Of a DNA stretch of 64,000 nt, positions 26,037 to 34,439 are shown piece by piece. The notes under the pieces are model-generated. The model saw only the letters and a list, made by a program, of their open reading frames with translations. It was not told the origin of the DNA and made no database searches. Source of the stretch: Planctomycetota bacterium (GTDB lineage: Bacteria > Planctomycetota > GCA-002687715 > CAIWVZ01); NCBI GenBank assembly GCA_044222185.1, contig JBGANV010000010.1, positions 96,001-160,000 of the forward strand, in the 5' to 3' direction. Each line of letters opens with the position of its first letter. Positions within the stretch are counted from its first letter, which is position 1. A program made the translations under genes and the position numbers.

Positions 26037-26411
26037 ATGGCCACCACCAAGACGACGATCAAGGCAACTCGCCGGCAACGGCGGAAGCAACACATCCGCA
26101 AGCGGGTGTTCGGGACCGCGGAGCGTCCGCGTCTCACGGTCTTTCGCAGCCTGAACCACATCTACGCCCAGGTCATCGACGACATGGCTGGGCGGACGCT
26201 CGTGGCGGCTGGCTCGGGGGACAAGGACCTGAAGGCAGCGTTCAAGACCGGCGGGAACATGAAAGCCGCCGAGTCGATCGGGACGGCCATCGGCGAGCGC
26301 GCCAAGAAGGCGGGCGTCACGAAGGTCGTGTTCGATCGCAACGGGTTCATCTACCACGGGCGGATCAAGGCCCTCGCCGACGCCGCCCGCAAGGCTGGAC
26401 TGCAGTTCTGA
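26037..26411 (+). CDS. rplR: 50S ribosomal protein L18
   Basis: [25 protein letters not shown]. Confidence 0.99.
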   Translation: MATTKTTIKATRRQRRKQHIRKRVFGTAERPRLTVFRSLNHIYAQVIDDMAGRTLVAAGSGDKDLKAAFKTGGNMKAAESIGTAIGERAKKAGVTKVVFDRNGFIYHGRIKALADAARKAGLQF

Positions 26412-26450
26412 CATCCGGCTCCCCGTGAGCCGGCTCGACGAGAAGATTCG

Positions 26451-26972
26451 ATGCCACCACCAAACAGAAACAGACGCCAAACGTCCTCGGACAATCAGCC
26501 TCGCGACGACATGCAGGAGACGGTGATCAAGATCAACCGCTCGGCGAAGGTCGTGAAGGGTGGCCGGCGGTTTTCGTTCTCCGCACTGGTGGTCGTTGGC
26601 GACCGCCGTGGCCGCGTCGGTATCGGCTTCGGCAAGGCGAACGAGGTCCCTCAGTCCGTTGAGAAGGGATCGAAGGAAGCGCGCAAGTCGATGACGCCGG
26701 TTGCCATGAAGGGCAGCACGATCCCGCACCGCGTGCAGGGTCGGTACGGCGCGTCATCGGTGGTCATGATCCCTGCGGCCCCTGGCACGGGCGTCATCGC
26801 CGGCGCCACCGTGCGCGCGATCGTGACTGCGGTCGGGATTCACGACATTCTCACGAAGTCGCTCGGGAGCACGAACCCGATCAACCTCGTGAAGGCGACG
26901 ATGGACGCCCTGGCCCAGCTCCGCACGAAGGAGCAGGTCGAGGCACTTCGGGGTGTCAGCCTTCCGGGCTGA
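26451..26972 (+). CDS. rpsE: 30S ribosomal protein S5
   Basis: [28 protein letters not shown]. Confidence 0.99.
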   Translation: MPPPNRNRRQTSSDNQPRDDMQETVIKINRSAKVVKGGRRFSFSALVVVGDRRGRVGIGFGKANEVPQSVEKGSKEARKSMTPVAMKGSTIPHRVQGRYGASSVVMIPAAPGTGVIAGATVRAIVTAVGIHDILTKSLGSTNPINLVKATMDALAQLRTKEQVEALRGVSLPG

Positions 26973-26989
26973 GTCTGCGAGAACCACTC

Positions 26990-27436
26990 ATGAACCTCTC
27001 TGACGTCAAGAAGGTGGACGTGCCGCGCAAGTACCGGCTTCGAGTCGGGCGCGGCATCGGATCCGGACGCGGCAAGACCGCCGCGCGCGGATTCAAGGGA
27101 CAGAACTCCCGTGCTGGCTCGCACGCGAAGGTCGGCTTCATCGGCGGTCAGATGCCGCTGTTCCGGCGTCTGCCGAAGCGCGGTTTTTCCAACGCGCTCT
27201 TCAAGGTCGTCTACGAGGTCGTCAACCTTTCCGACCTGGCGGTGTTTGCGGCAGGCTCGACGGTCGGCCCGGACGACCTCAAGGCGAAGGGCCTCATTCC
27301 GCGTCGTGCCGAGCGCATCAAGGTGCTCGGACACGGCACGGTCGACCACGCGCTGACCGTCCAGGCGCACGCCTTCTCGAAGGCCGCCAAGGATGGCATC
27401 GAGAAGAAGGGCGGAACGGCGCAGGAGATCGAGTGA
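26990..27436 (+). CDS. rplO: 50S ribosomal protein L15
   Basis: RVGRGIGSG, GGQMPLFRRLPKRGF. Confidence 0.99.
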   Translation: MNLSDVKKVDVPRKYRLRVGRGIGSGRGKTAARGFKGQNSRAGSHAKVGFIGGQMPLFRRLPKRGFSNALFKVVYEVVNLSDLAVFAAGSTVGPDDLKAKGLIPRRAERIKVLGHGTVDHALTVQAHAFSKAAKDGIEKKGGTAQEIE

Positions 27437-27437
27437 C

Positions 27438-28763
27438 ATGTTCGCCCCGATCCTGAATCTGTTCCGAGTCGAGGAGATCCGTAAGCGGATCTTCATCACG
27501 CTCGCTCTCTTGTTCGTTTATCGCATCGGTTTCCACGTTCCGCTTCCCGGCGTCAATGCGGCGGCCATGCGGGAGTTCCTCGGCAAGAGTGCAGACCAGA
27601 CGGTCGGGCAGCTCGTCGGCTTCATGAATGCGCTGTCGGGCGGCAATCTCCGCGTGCCCGTGTTGTTCTCGCTCGGGGTGCTTCCCTACATCTCCGCGTC
27701 GATCATCTTCTCGCTGCTGGTGAAGGTCATTCCCAGCCTGGAGGCCCTCTCCAAGGAAGGTGCCGCCGGGCAACGCAAGATCAATCAGTACTCGCGCCTT
27801 CTCACCGTTCCGCTGGCCTTGGGCCAGGCGATCGTGCTCTCGCTGACCACGTTCAAGAACCTCGGTGACACGGTCATCCCGGACAGCGGGATCGGCTTCA
27901 CGATCACCGCCGCGCTCGGCATCACCGCAGGAACGGTCTTCCTGATGTGGCTCGGCGAGCAGATCACCGAGTACGGCGTCGGCAACGGCATCTCGCTGCT
28001 CATCGTCACGGGCATCGTCGACAGCGTGCCGCTCGCGTTCGGGCGCATGTTGACCGCGGCGAAGGACGATCGGTCTCAGCTCGTGAACGCGGCCATCCTC
28101 GCGTGCCTGTACTTCTTCATCGTCGTGGGCGTCATCTACATGTCCAAGGGACAGCGCCGCATCCCGATGCAGCAGGCGAAGATGATGAAGGGCCGCAAGA
28201 TGTACGGCGGCAACAAGCACTACCTGCCCATCAAGCTGAACATGGCGAACGTGATGCCCGTGATCTTCGCCTCGTCGCTGCTCGTGCTTCCGCTGCAGAT
28301 CGTGCAGTGGGTGAGCGGCCGCGCCGAGCGCGTGCCGTGGTTCTCCTACGGCAGCTGGCTCCACGTTCTGCTCTATGTGGGCCTGATCGTCTTCTTCTCG
28401 TTCTTCTGGACGTCGATCATGTTCCAGCCGACCGAGATCGCGAACAACCTGAAGGAGTCGGGGGCGTTCATCCCCGGCATCCGCCCAGGTCAGAAGACGG
28501 CACAGTTCCTCGAGAAGGTTCTCGTCCGCATCACGCTGGTGGGCGGCTTCTTCCTGGCGGTCATCGCCGTGATCCCGGAAGTCGCGTCTCAGCAGATGAA
28601 CGTCGACTCGCTCGTCGCAGGCTTCCTCGGCGGTACGGGCATCCTCATCGTCGTCGGTGTCACCCTCGACGTCGTCGACAAGCTGAACGCGAGCCTCCTG
28701 ATGCGGAACTACGAGGGCTTCATGGGCGCCAGTGGCCGCAAGCCCGGCAGCGGTGCGCGCTGA
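27438..28763 (+). CDS. secY: Preprotein translocase subunit SecY
   Basis: LGVLPYISASI, WLGEQITEYGVGNGISL, FIPGIRPG, GGTGILIVVGV. Start at ATG 27438. Confidence 0.99.
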   Translation: MFAPILNLFRVEEIRKRIFITLALLFVYRIGFHVPLPGVNAAAMREFLGKSADQTVGQLVGFMNALSGGNLRVPVLFSLGVLPYISASIIFSLLVKVIPSLEALSKEGAAGQRKINQYSRLLTVPLALGQAIVLSLTTFKNLGDTVIPDSGIGFTITAALGITAGTVFLMWLGEQITEYGVGNGISLLIVTGIVDSVPLAFGRMLTAAKDDRSQLVNAAILACLYFFIVVGVIYMSKGQRRIPMQQAKMMKGRKMYGGNKHYLPIKLNMANVMPVIFASSLLVLPLQIVQWVSGRAERVPWFSYGSWLHVLLYVGLIVFFSFFWTSIMFQPTEIANNLKESGAFIPGIRPGQKTAQFLEKVLVRITLVGGFFLAVIAVIPEVASQQMNVDSLVAGFLGGTGILIVVGVTLDVVDKLNASLLMRNYEGFMGASGRKPGSGAR

Positions 28764-29410
28764 TGCACCTCGTCTTCCTGGGACCTCCGGGTGCTGGCAA
28801 GGGCACTCAGGCGAAGACCTTCGCCGAGGCGCAGGGCATCCCCCACATTTCCACGGGCGACATCTTTCGCGCCGCGGTGAAGGAGGGGACCCCGCTCGGA
28901 ACCCAGGCCAAGGGGTACATGGACCGCGGGGAGCTCGTTCCAGATGCCGTCGTCTGCGGGCTCGTCCGGGAGCGACTGGCCCGGCCGGACTGCCGGAAGG
29001 GCTTCATCCTCGACGGATTCCCGCGAACGGTCCCCCAGGCGGAGTCCCTCGAGCAGGACCTGGCTGGACTGGGTCTCAAGTTGACGGCCTGCGTCGACTT
29101 CCAGATCCCGAGGGACGAACTCGTCCGCCGGCTGACCGCAAGGGTCACGTGCCGCAACTGCGGAACGAGCTTCAACACACTCACGAACCCGCCGAAAAAG
29201 GCGGGGGTCTGCGACGCCTGTGGCGGCCAGACCTACGTTCGGGATGACGACAAACCGGAGACCGTGACGCGCAGATTGGAAGAGTACGACCGAAAGACCG
29301 CCCCCCTCGTGGAGTACTACCGGAAGAAGGGAACCCTTCGTCCCATACCCGCGGCGGGTGCAGTCCAGGACGTAGCTTCGGCCTTGAAACGGGCCGTCGC
29401 CGGCACTTGA
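28763..29410 (+). CDS. adk: Adenylate kinase (zinc-lid type)
   Basis: GPPGAGKGTQA, ISTGD, LDGFPR, lid CxxC...CxxC. ATG overlaps the secY stop (TGATG). Confidence 0.98.
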   Translation: MHLVFLGPPGAGKGTQAKTFAEAQGIPHISTGDIFRAAVKEGTPLGTQAKGYMDRGELVPDAVVCGLVRERLARPDCRKGFILDGFPRTVPQAESLEQDLAGLGLKLTACVDFQIPRDELVRRLTARVTCRNCGTSFNTLTNPPKKAGVCDACGGQTYVRDDDKPETVTRRLEEYDRKTAPLVEYYRKKGTLRPIPAAGAVQDVASALKRAVAGT

Positions 29411-29464
29411 GCCGGTTTTCCGAGGCCGTTACTGTTTCGACCCTTCGAACAAGACGAGAGACGG

Positions 29465-30244
29465 GTGATCACCTTCAAGACCGAGCGCGAGATCGCAAAG
29501 ATGCAGCGCGCGGGGGAGGTGATTTCGCGCATCTTCGAGTTTTGTTCACAGCTCGTTCTTCCTGGGATCACGACGCTCGAGATCGATCGCGCGGTCGAAG
29601 CATTCATCAGGCGGAACGGGGCAGCCCCGGCTCTCAAAGGCCTCTACGGCTATCCCGCTTCCATCTGTGCCTCGGTGAATGAAGAGGTGCTGCACGGTCT
29701 TCCAGCTGAACGCGCGCTCGTCGAAGGCGACGTCCTCACGATCGATGTGGGCGTCGCCTGGGATGGCTACCACGCTGATGCAGCGCGGACCGTCGTCGTC
29801 GGGCGCGGTACGGATGAAGCGCGTCGTTTGATCGCTACGACCGCGGAGGCGCTGGATCGGGCCATCGAAGTTTGTCGGCCCGGGCGGTGGCTCTCGGAAG
29901 TCGCGCATGCGATCGAACGGGTGGCCGCGAGAGACGGATACGGGATCGTTGACGGATACGTGGGTCACGGAATCGGGACGAAGCTCCACGAGGAGCCCGA
30001 AGTTCCCAACCGCGTGACGCCTCGCCTCCGGCGGCAGGACCTGCTGCTCGAGTCGGGGATGGCGCTCGCGATCGAACCGGTCTTCCGAGTGGGAAGCGGG
30101 GCCACGCGACTGCTCGGGAATGGATGGACAGTGGTGACCGGCGACGCCAGGTTGTCGGCTCACTTCGAGGACACGGTGGTCATCATGGACGATGGCCCCA
30201 GAGTGTTGACCAGGGTCGGACACGCACTCGCGTGCGCCGGCTAG
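29465..30244 (+). CDS. map: Methionine aminopeptidase type I
   Basis: Metal-ligand motifs IDVG, HADAART, GHGIG, AIEP, AHFE. Confidence 0.96.
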   Translation: MITFKTEREIAKMQRAGEVISRIFEFCSQLVLPGITTLEIDRAVEAFIRRNGAAPALKGLYGYPASICASVNEEVLHGLPAERALVEGDVLTIDVGVAWDGYHADAARTVVVGRGTDEARRLIATTAEALDRAIEVCRPGRWLSEVAHAIERVAARDGYGIVDGYVGHGIGTKLHEEPEVPNRVTPRLRRQDLLLESGMALAIEPVFRVGSGATRLLGNGWTVVTGDARLSAHFEDTVVIMDDGPRVLTRVGHALACAG

Positions 30245-30257
30245 GAGTGGATAGTAG

Positions 30258-30473
30258 ATGCCCAAGGAAGAGCCGATTCGTTTGACGGCGACCGTGAAGC
30301 TGCCGCTACCGAACGCCTCCTTCTTGGTGCGTCTCGACAATGGACACGAAGTGATCGCGCACGTCTCGGGCAAGATGCGGATGAACTACATCCGGATCCT
30401 GCCTGGCGATCGAGTGACGGTGGAGATGTCGCCCTACGACTTGTCAAAGGGGCGCATCGTCTACCGCGACTGA
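30258..30473 (+). CDS. infA: Translation initiation factor IF-1
   Basis: [26 protein letters not shown]. Confidence 0.99.
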   Translation: MPKEEPIRLTATVKLPLPNASFLVRLDNGHEVIAHVSGKMRMNYIRILPGDRVTVEMSPYDLSKGRIVYRD

Positions 30474-30489
30474 GACGGACGGAGTCGTC

Positions 30490-30606
30490 ATGAAAGTCCG
30501 AGCTTCCGTGAAGCGCATCTGCGAGGGTTGCCGCATCATCCGGCGTCAGGGTGTCCTTCGCGTGATCTGCAAGTTGGACCGCCGCCACAAACAGCGTCAG
30601 AAGTGA
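30490..30606 (+). CDS. rpmJ: 50S ribosomal protein L36 (not in the ORF track)
   Basis: Manual translation: [38 protein letters not shown]. Confidence 0.97.
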   Translation: MKVRASVKRICEGCRIIRRQGVLRVICKLDRRHKQRQK

Positions 30607-30629
30607 ACCTCGAGTTCTGAGGAAAAAGC

Positions 30630-31013
30630 ATGCCGCGTATCTCGGGCGTTGACATCCCAAACAACAAGGTCGTCAGGATCTCGCTGCGCTACCTCTATGG
30701 CATCGGTCCGCACCTGGCGCTCCAGCTCTGCCAGGAGCTGAACATCGATCCCAACCTGCCGGCGAGCAAGCTGTCGGACGAAGAGGTCGCACGCATCGCG
30801 TCCGTCATCGACCGCAAGTACACGGTCGAAGGACAACTGCGCCGCCAGATCGCGCAGAACGTGGCGCGCCTGAAGAACATTCGCTGCTACCGGGGGCTGC
30901 GCCACATCCGCAACCTTCCGGTTCGCGGCCAGCACACCCAAAGCAATGCGCGCACCCGCAAGGGCCCGCGCAAGACGGTCGCCGGCAAGAAGTCTGTCAA
31001 GGCGATGAAGTGA
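30630..31013 (+). CDS. rpsM: 30S ribosomal protein S13
   Basis: RISGVDIP, YRGLRH, LPVRGQ.T.SNARTRKG. Confidence 0.99.
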   Translation: MPRISGVDIPNNKVVRISLRYLYGIGPHLALQLCQELNIDPNLPASKLSDEEVARIASVIDRKYTVEGQLRRQIAQNVARLKNIRCYRGLRHIRNLPVRGQHTQSNARTRKGPRKTVAGKKSVKAMK

Positions 31014-31087
31014 CGAGGTGCGCGTGACCCGCGCACGACGGTCGGATCCCAAACGCGGCTGCCAGGGCGGCTGCAGAGTCAGAGACG

Positions 31088-31540
31088 ATGGCAACTGAAA
31101 AGAAAGAAGCGACGGCACCGGCGGGCGGAGCAGCGGCAGCAGCGGGCGACAAGCCGGCGGCGGCACCTGCGCGCGCGAAGAAGGTCAAGAAGTCCGTCTC
31201 GAAGGCGCTGGTCCACGTCAAGGCCAGCTTCAACAACACGATCGTCACGATCACGGACGTTCAGGGCAACACGCTCTGCTGGTCCAGTGCCGGGGCGATC
31301 GGCTACAAGGGCTCGCGCAAGAGCACGCCGTTCGCAGCGCAACGCGCCGCCGAACGCGCGGGCGAACTGGCTTCCAAGTTCGGCGTGAAGGAAGTCGAAG
31401 TTCGCATCAAGGGACCGGGCTCCGGACGCGAGTCAGCGGTCCGCGCGCTTCGTCAGTCCGGACTCGAGATCAAGTCCGTGGAAGACGTCACGCCGCTCCC
31501 GCACAACGGATGCCGTCCGCGCAAGCGCCGTCGCGTCTGA
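31088..31540 (+). CDS. rpsK: 30S ribosomal protein S11
   Basis: [27 protein letters not shown]. Has an Ala-rich N-terminal extension. Confidence 0.99.
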   Translation: MATEKKEATAPAGGAAAAAGDKPAAAPARAKKVKKSVSKALVHVKASFNNTIVTITDVQGNTLCWSSAGAIGYKGSRKSTPFAAQRAAERAGELASKFGVKEVEVRIKGPGSGRESAVRALRQSGLEIKSVEDVTPLPHNGCRPRKRRRV

Positions 31541-31573
31541 TTCACCGACCCTCAAGACGAGGCAGAGAGAAAC

Positions 31574-32212
31574 ATGGCACGTTACATCGGTCCGAAATGC
31601 CGGCTGTGCCGGCGTGAAGGCATGCAGCTGTTCCTCAAGGGGGAGCGCTGCCACACCGTCAAGTGCGCGATCGCTCGCCGCGGCGACAACTACCCGCCGG
31701 GCGGCCGCATGATGAAGCGCGGTCGCGGTGGCTCCGACTACGGAAGCCAGCTGCGCGAAAAGCAGCGCCTGAAGCGACTCTTCGGCATGCTCGAGCGCCA
31801 GTTCCGTCTGGCGTTCGCGCGCGCTCAGCGCAGCCGCGGCAACACGGGCGCCACGCTGCTTCAGGTCGCCGAGCGTCGCCTGGACAACATCGTCCGCATC
31901 TCCGGCTTCGGGCACGGCCCGGCCAGCGCTCGCCAGATCGTGGCGCACGGCTGGGTGCTCGTGAACAACCGCAAGGTCGACCGTCCGTCGTACATGGTTC
32001 GAGCCGGTGACGTCGTGACATTCACGCCCCGCGAGAACGCACGGAAGGTTCTGGCGGACATCCTTCAGTCGTCGAAGGCGTATCAACAGGTCCCAAGCTG
32101 GCTGGAGCGGAACGAGGAAGCGATGACCGTCAAGGTCCAGCAGCTTCCGACTCGCGAAGAGTTCCCGTTCAAGATCCAGGAACAGCTCATCGTCGAAGGC
32201 GCGTCGAAGTAA
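31574..32212 (+). CDS. rpsD: 30S ribosomal protein S4 (zinc-binding type)
   Basis: MARYIGPKCRLCRREG, QLREKQ, ERRLDN. Confidence 0.99.
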   Translation: MARYIGPKCRLCRREGMQLFLKGERCHTVKCAIARRGDNYPPGGRMMKRGRGGSDYGSQLREKQRLKRLFGMLERQFRLAFARAQRSRGNTGATLLQVAERRLDNIVRISGFGHGPASARQIVAHGWVLVNNRKVDRPSYMVRAGDVVTFTPRENARKVLADILQSSKAYQQVPSWLERNEEAMTVKVQQLPTREEFPFKIQEQLIVEGASK

Positions 32213-32245
32213 CCCGGAACGTCGACACAGAAGGAATCAACCGAC

Positions 32246-33322
32246 ATGCGCATTCGCTGGCGGAACCTCGAGCTCCCCACTCGCGTCATCGTCGATCGTG
32301 GAACGCTCACCGACACCTACGGGAGCTTCTCGATCGAGCCGTTCGAGCGCGGGTTCGGGCACACGATTGGAAATGGCCTCCGTCGCGTCCTCCTCTCATC
32401 GATCGAGGGCACGGCGGTCCGCTGGGTGACGATCAAGGGAGCTCTCCACGAGTTCCAACCCGTCGAAGGGATCGTCGAGGACGTGACGGACATCGTCCTG
32501 CAGGTCAAGCAGCTTCGCATCCGCAGCCACTCGGATGGCCCGGTGATGCTGCGCATCCGCAAGTCGGACAAGGGCCCGGTCACCGGCGCGGACATCGTCC
32601 CGGAAGGTGACGCCGAGATCGTCAATCCCGAGCTCCACCTCTGCACGCTCTCGCGCAAGATGGACTTCGAGATGGAGATGGAGGCGGCTCGCGGTCGTGG
32701 CTACGTGACGGCGGAAGAGAACGAGCTGGGGTCCAGCCGCTATTCCGACCCCCGCACGCGCCGCAGCGCCAAGGACATCGATCAGGAGATCGGCAAGATC
32801 TGGGTCGACTCGATCTTCTCGCCGATCCTTCGCGTGAAGTACTCGACGCAGGACACCCGCGTCGGAAAGATCACGGACTACGATCGCCTCGTCCTCGAGA
32901 TCTGGACGGATGGTTCCATCCGGCCGGAAGAGGCACTCACCGAGGCCTCGAAGATCTACCGCAAGTGCTTGAACCCGCTCGTGTCGTACGGATCGCTCGG
33001 CAGCGAGATTCCGGCGGCCGACCTCGAGTCGGGCACCGTCATCACGGATGACGCAGCGCCTTCGGCCGATCTGCTCGCCAAGCCGATCGTCGAGCTGGCC
33101 CTGTCGGTCCGTGCGAACAACTGCCTCGAGGCCGAGAAGATCTTCACGGTTGGAGATCTGATCCAGCGCTCCGAGGACGATCTCCTCCAGTTCCGCAACT
33201 TCGGCAAGACGAGCCTCCTCGAGGTTCGCCAGAAGCTTGCGGAGCTCGGGCTGCGTCTGCGCGGGGATACCGGCGAGGAAAGCCTGGAGCCGATCGACCC
33301 GGAAACCACGGCGAACGTCTGA
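32246..33322 (+). CDS. rpoA: RNA polymerase alpha subunit
   Basis: EPFERGFGHTIGN.LRRVLLSS, GRGYV, LSVRA.NCL, NFGKTSL. Confidence 0.99.
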   Translation: MRIRWRNLELPTRVIVDRGTLTDTYGSFSIEPFERGFGHTIGNGLRRVLLSSIEGTAVRWVTIKGALHEFQPVEGIVEDVTDIVLQVKQLRIRSHSDGPVMLRIRKSDKGPVTGADIVPEGDAEIVNPELHLCTLSRKMDFEMEMEAARGRGYVTAEENELGSSRYSDPRTRRSAKDIDQEIGKIWVDSIFSPILRVKYSTQDTRVGKITDYDRLVLEIWTDGSIRPEEALTEASKIYRKCLNPLVSYGSLGSEIPAADLESGTVITDDAAPSADLLAKPIVELALSVRANNCLEAEKIFTVGDLIQRSEDDLLQFRNFGKTSLLEVRQKLAELGLRLRGDTGEESLEPIDPETTANV

Positions 33323-33347
33323 TCGCCTTCGAGACTCGGAGTTTCAC

Positions 33348-33764
33348 ATGCGTCATCGCGTCACTGGTCGTCGGCTTGGGCGGACTTCGGAGCACCGCAA
33401 AGCCCTCGGCATGAACCTGCTCACCAGCCTTCTGCGCCATCACCGCATCATCACGACTCTCGCGAAGGCCAAGGAGTACCGGCCGCACGCGGAGAAGCTC
33501 GTGACGCTCGGCAAGGAAGGCAAGACGATCGTCAACATCCGCCGCGCACTGAAGATCGTCCACGACAAGGACATGGTGAAACACCTGTTCGACGTCGTGG
33601 CGCCGCACTTCAAGGATCGCAAGGGTGGCTACACCCGCATCCTGCGCATGGCGAAGAACCGACTCGGCGACAACGGCCCGCGCGCCGTGCTCGAATTCGT
33701 CGACCTCCCACGCCCGGAAGTGAAGGAGGAGGAGACGGAGACCACGGCCAAGGCCGGCAAGTAG
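33348..33764 (+). CDS. rplQ: 50S ribosomal protein L17
   Basis: MRHR...LGRTSEHRKA, ITTLAKAK, GGYTRI. Start at ATG 33348. Confidence 0.99.
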   Translation: MRHRVTGRRLGRTSEHRKALGMNLLTSLLRHHRIITTLAKAKEYRPHAEKLVTLGKEGKTIVNIRRALKIVHDKDMVKHLFDVVAPHFKDRKGGYTRILRMAKNRLGDNGPRAVLEFVDLPRPEVKEEETETTAKAGK

Positions 33765-33829
33765 TTCGGCCGTCCTTGGACGCGATTCGGGCGCGGTGGC
33801 ACAATGCCGACCGCGCCCGACTTCATTTC

Positions 33830-34063
33830 ATGAGCCACCGCCCAACCATCGCTCGCCTCGGCACGCTCGCGCTGACCGCGCTGACGATTGCCGCGCCCGC
33901 GCTCGCCTCCGACGACGATCTCGTCAAACCGCGCGGCTGGGACCCCAAGCAGTGGGTCGGGTTCTCCGTCTACGCCGTGCTCCTGCTCGGCCTGATCGTG
34001 CTCGCCTGGCGCCTCGCCCGCCCCGACCCCGACGACGGCCCGACGAACCCGCCGACGGGGTGA
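33830..34063 (+). CDS. Small exported/membrane protein, hypothetical
   Basis: 77 aa with a signal peptide ending APALA-S, one TM helix (WVGFSVYAVLLLGLIVLAW) and host-like codon usage. Confidence 0.6.
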   Translation: MSHRPTIARLGTLALTALTIAAPALASDDDLVKPRGWDPKQWVGFSVYAVLLLGLIVLAWRLARPDPDDGPTNPPTG

Positions 34064-34439
34064 AACGAGCCCGCGGCCGCGCCCATCGCTGGGCCGCGAC
34101 GATCGCGGTGCGATATTCGTCCGGTCGGCGGGCCCCCGCTGCTGAGGCCGAGCCACGACGAGTCTGACCTGTACGAGAGCGACGCCTGCACGCGATGGCT
34201 TGGTCCAGTGGCGACGTCGTGCTGCGGTGGGCCACCAGGAAGATCCTCCACGCCGAGGCGAGGTTTCGTCGCAGAATCAGCCACGAATGCATTCCGGCCC
34301 CTGCCGAGGCTGCTCGGGACCCAGCGCTGAAGGAGACGGCTGCAAAGCCTGATCGCCACGTACACGAGCCGCGGAATTTCGACGCTGGTCGGAACATCCG
34401 CAAGCTTCGCCGCTCTCTCGAGGGCCAAGCGGTCGGACC

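Noticed and set aside
27947-29410. 487-aa ORF suggesting an N-terminally extended Adk
   Set aside because: The extension overlaps secY out of frame. The real start is ATG 28763.
34064-34439. Short ORFs between the small membrane protein and the kinase
   Set aside because: No recognisable motifs or RBS, and conflicting overlapping frames.
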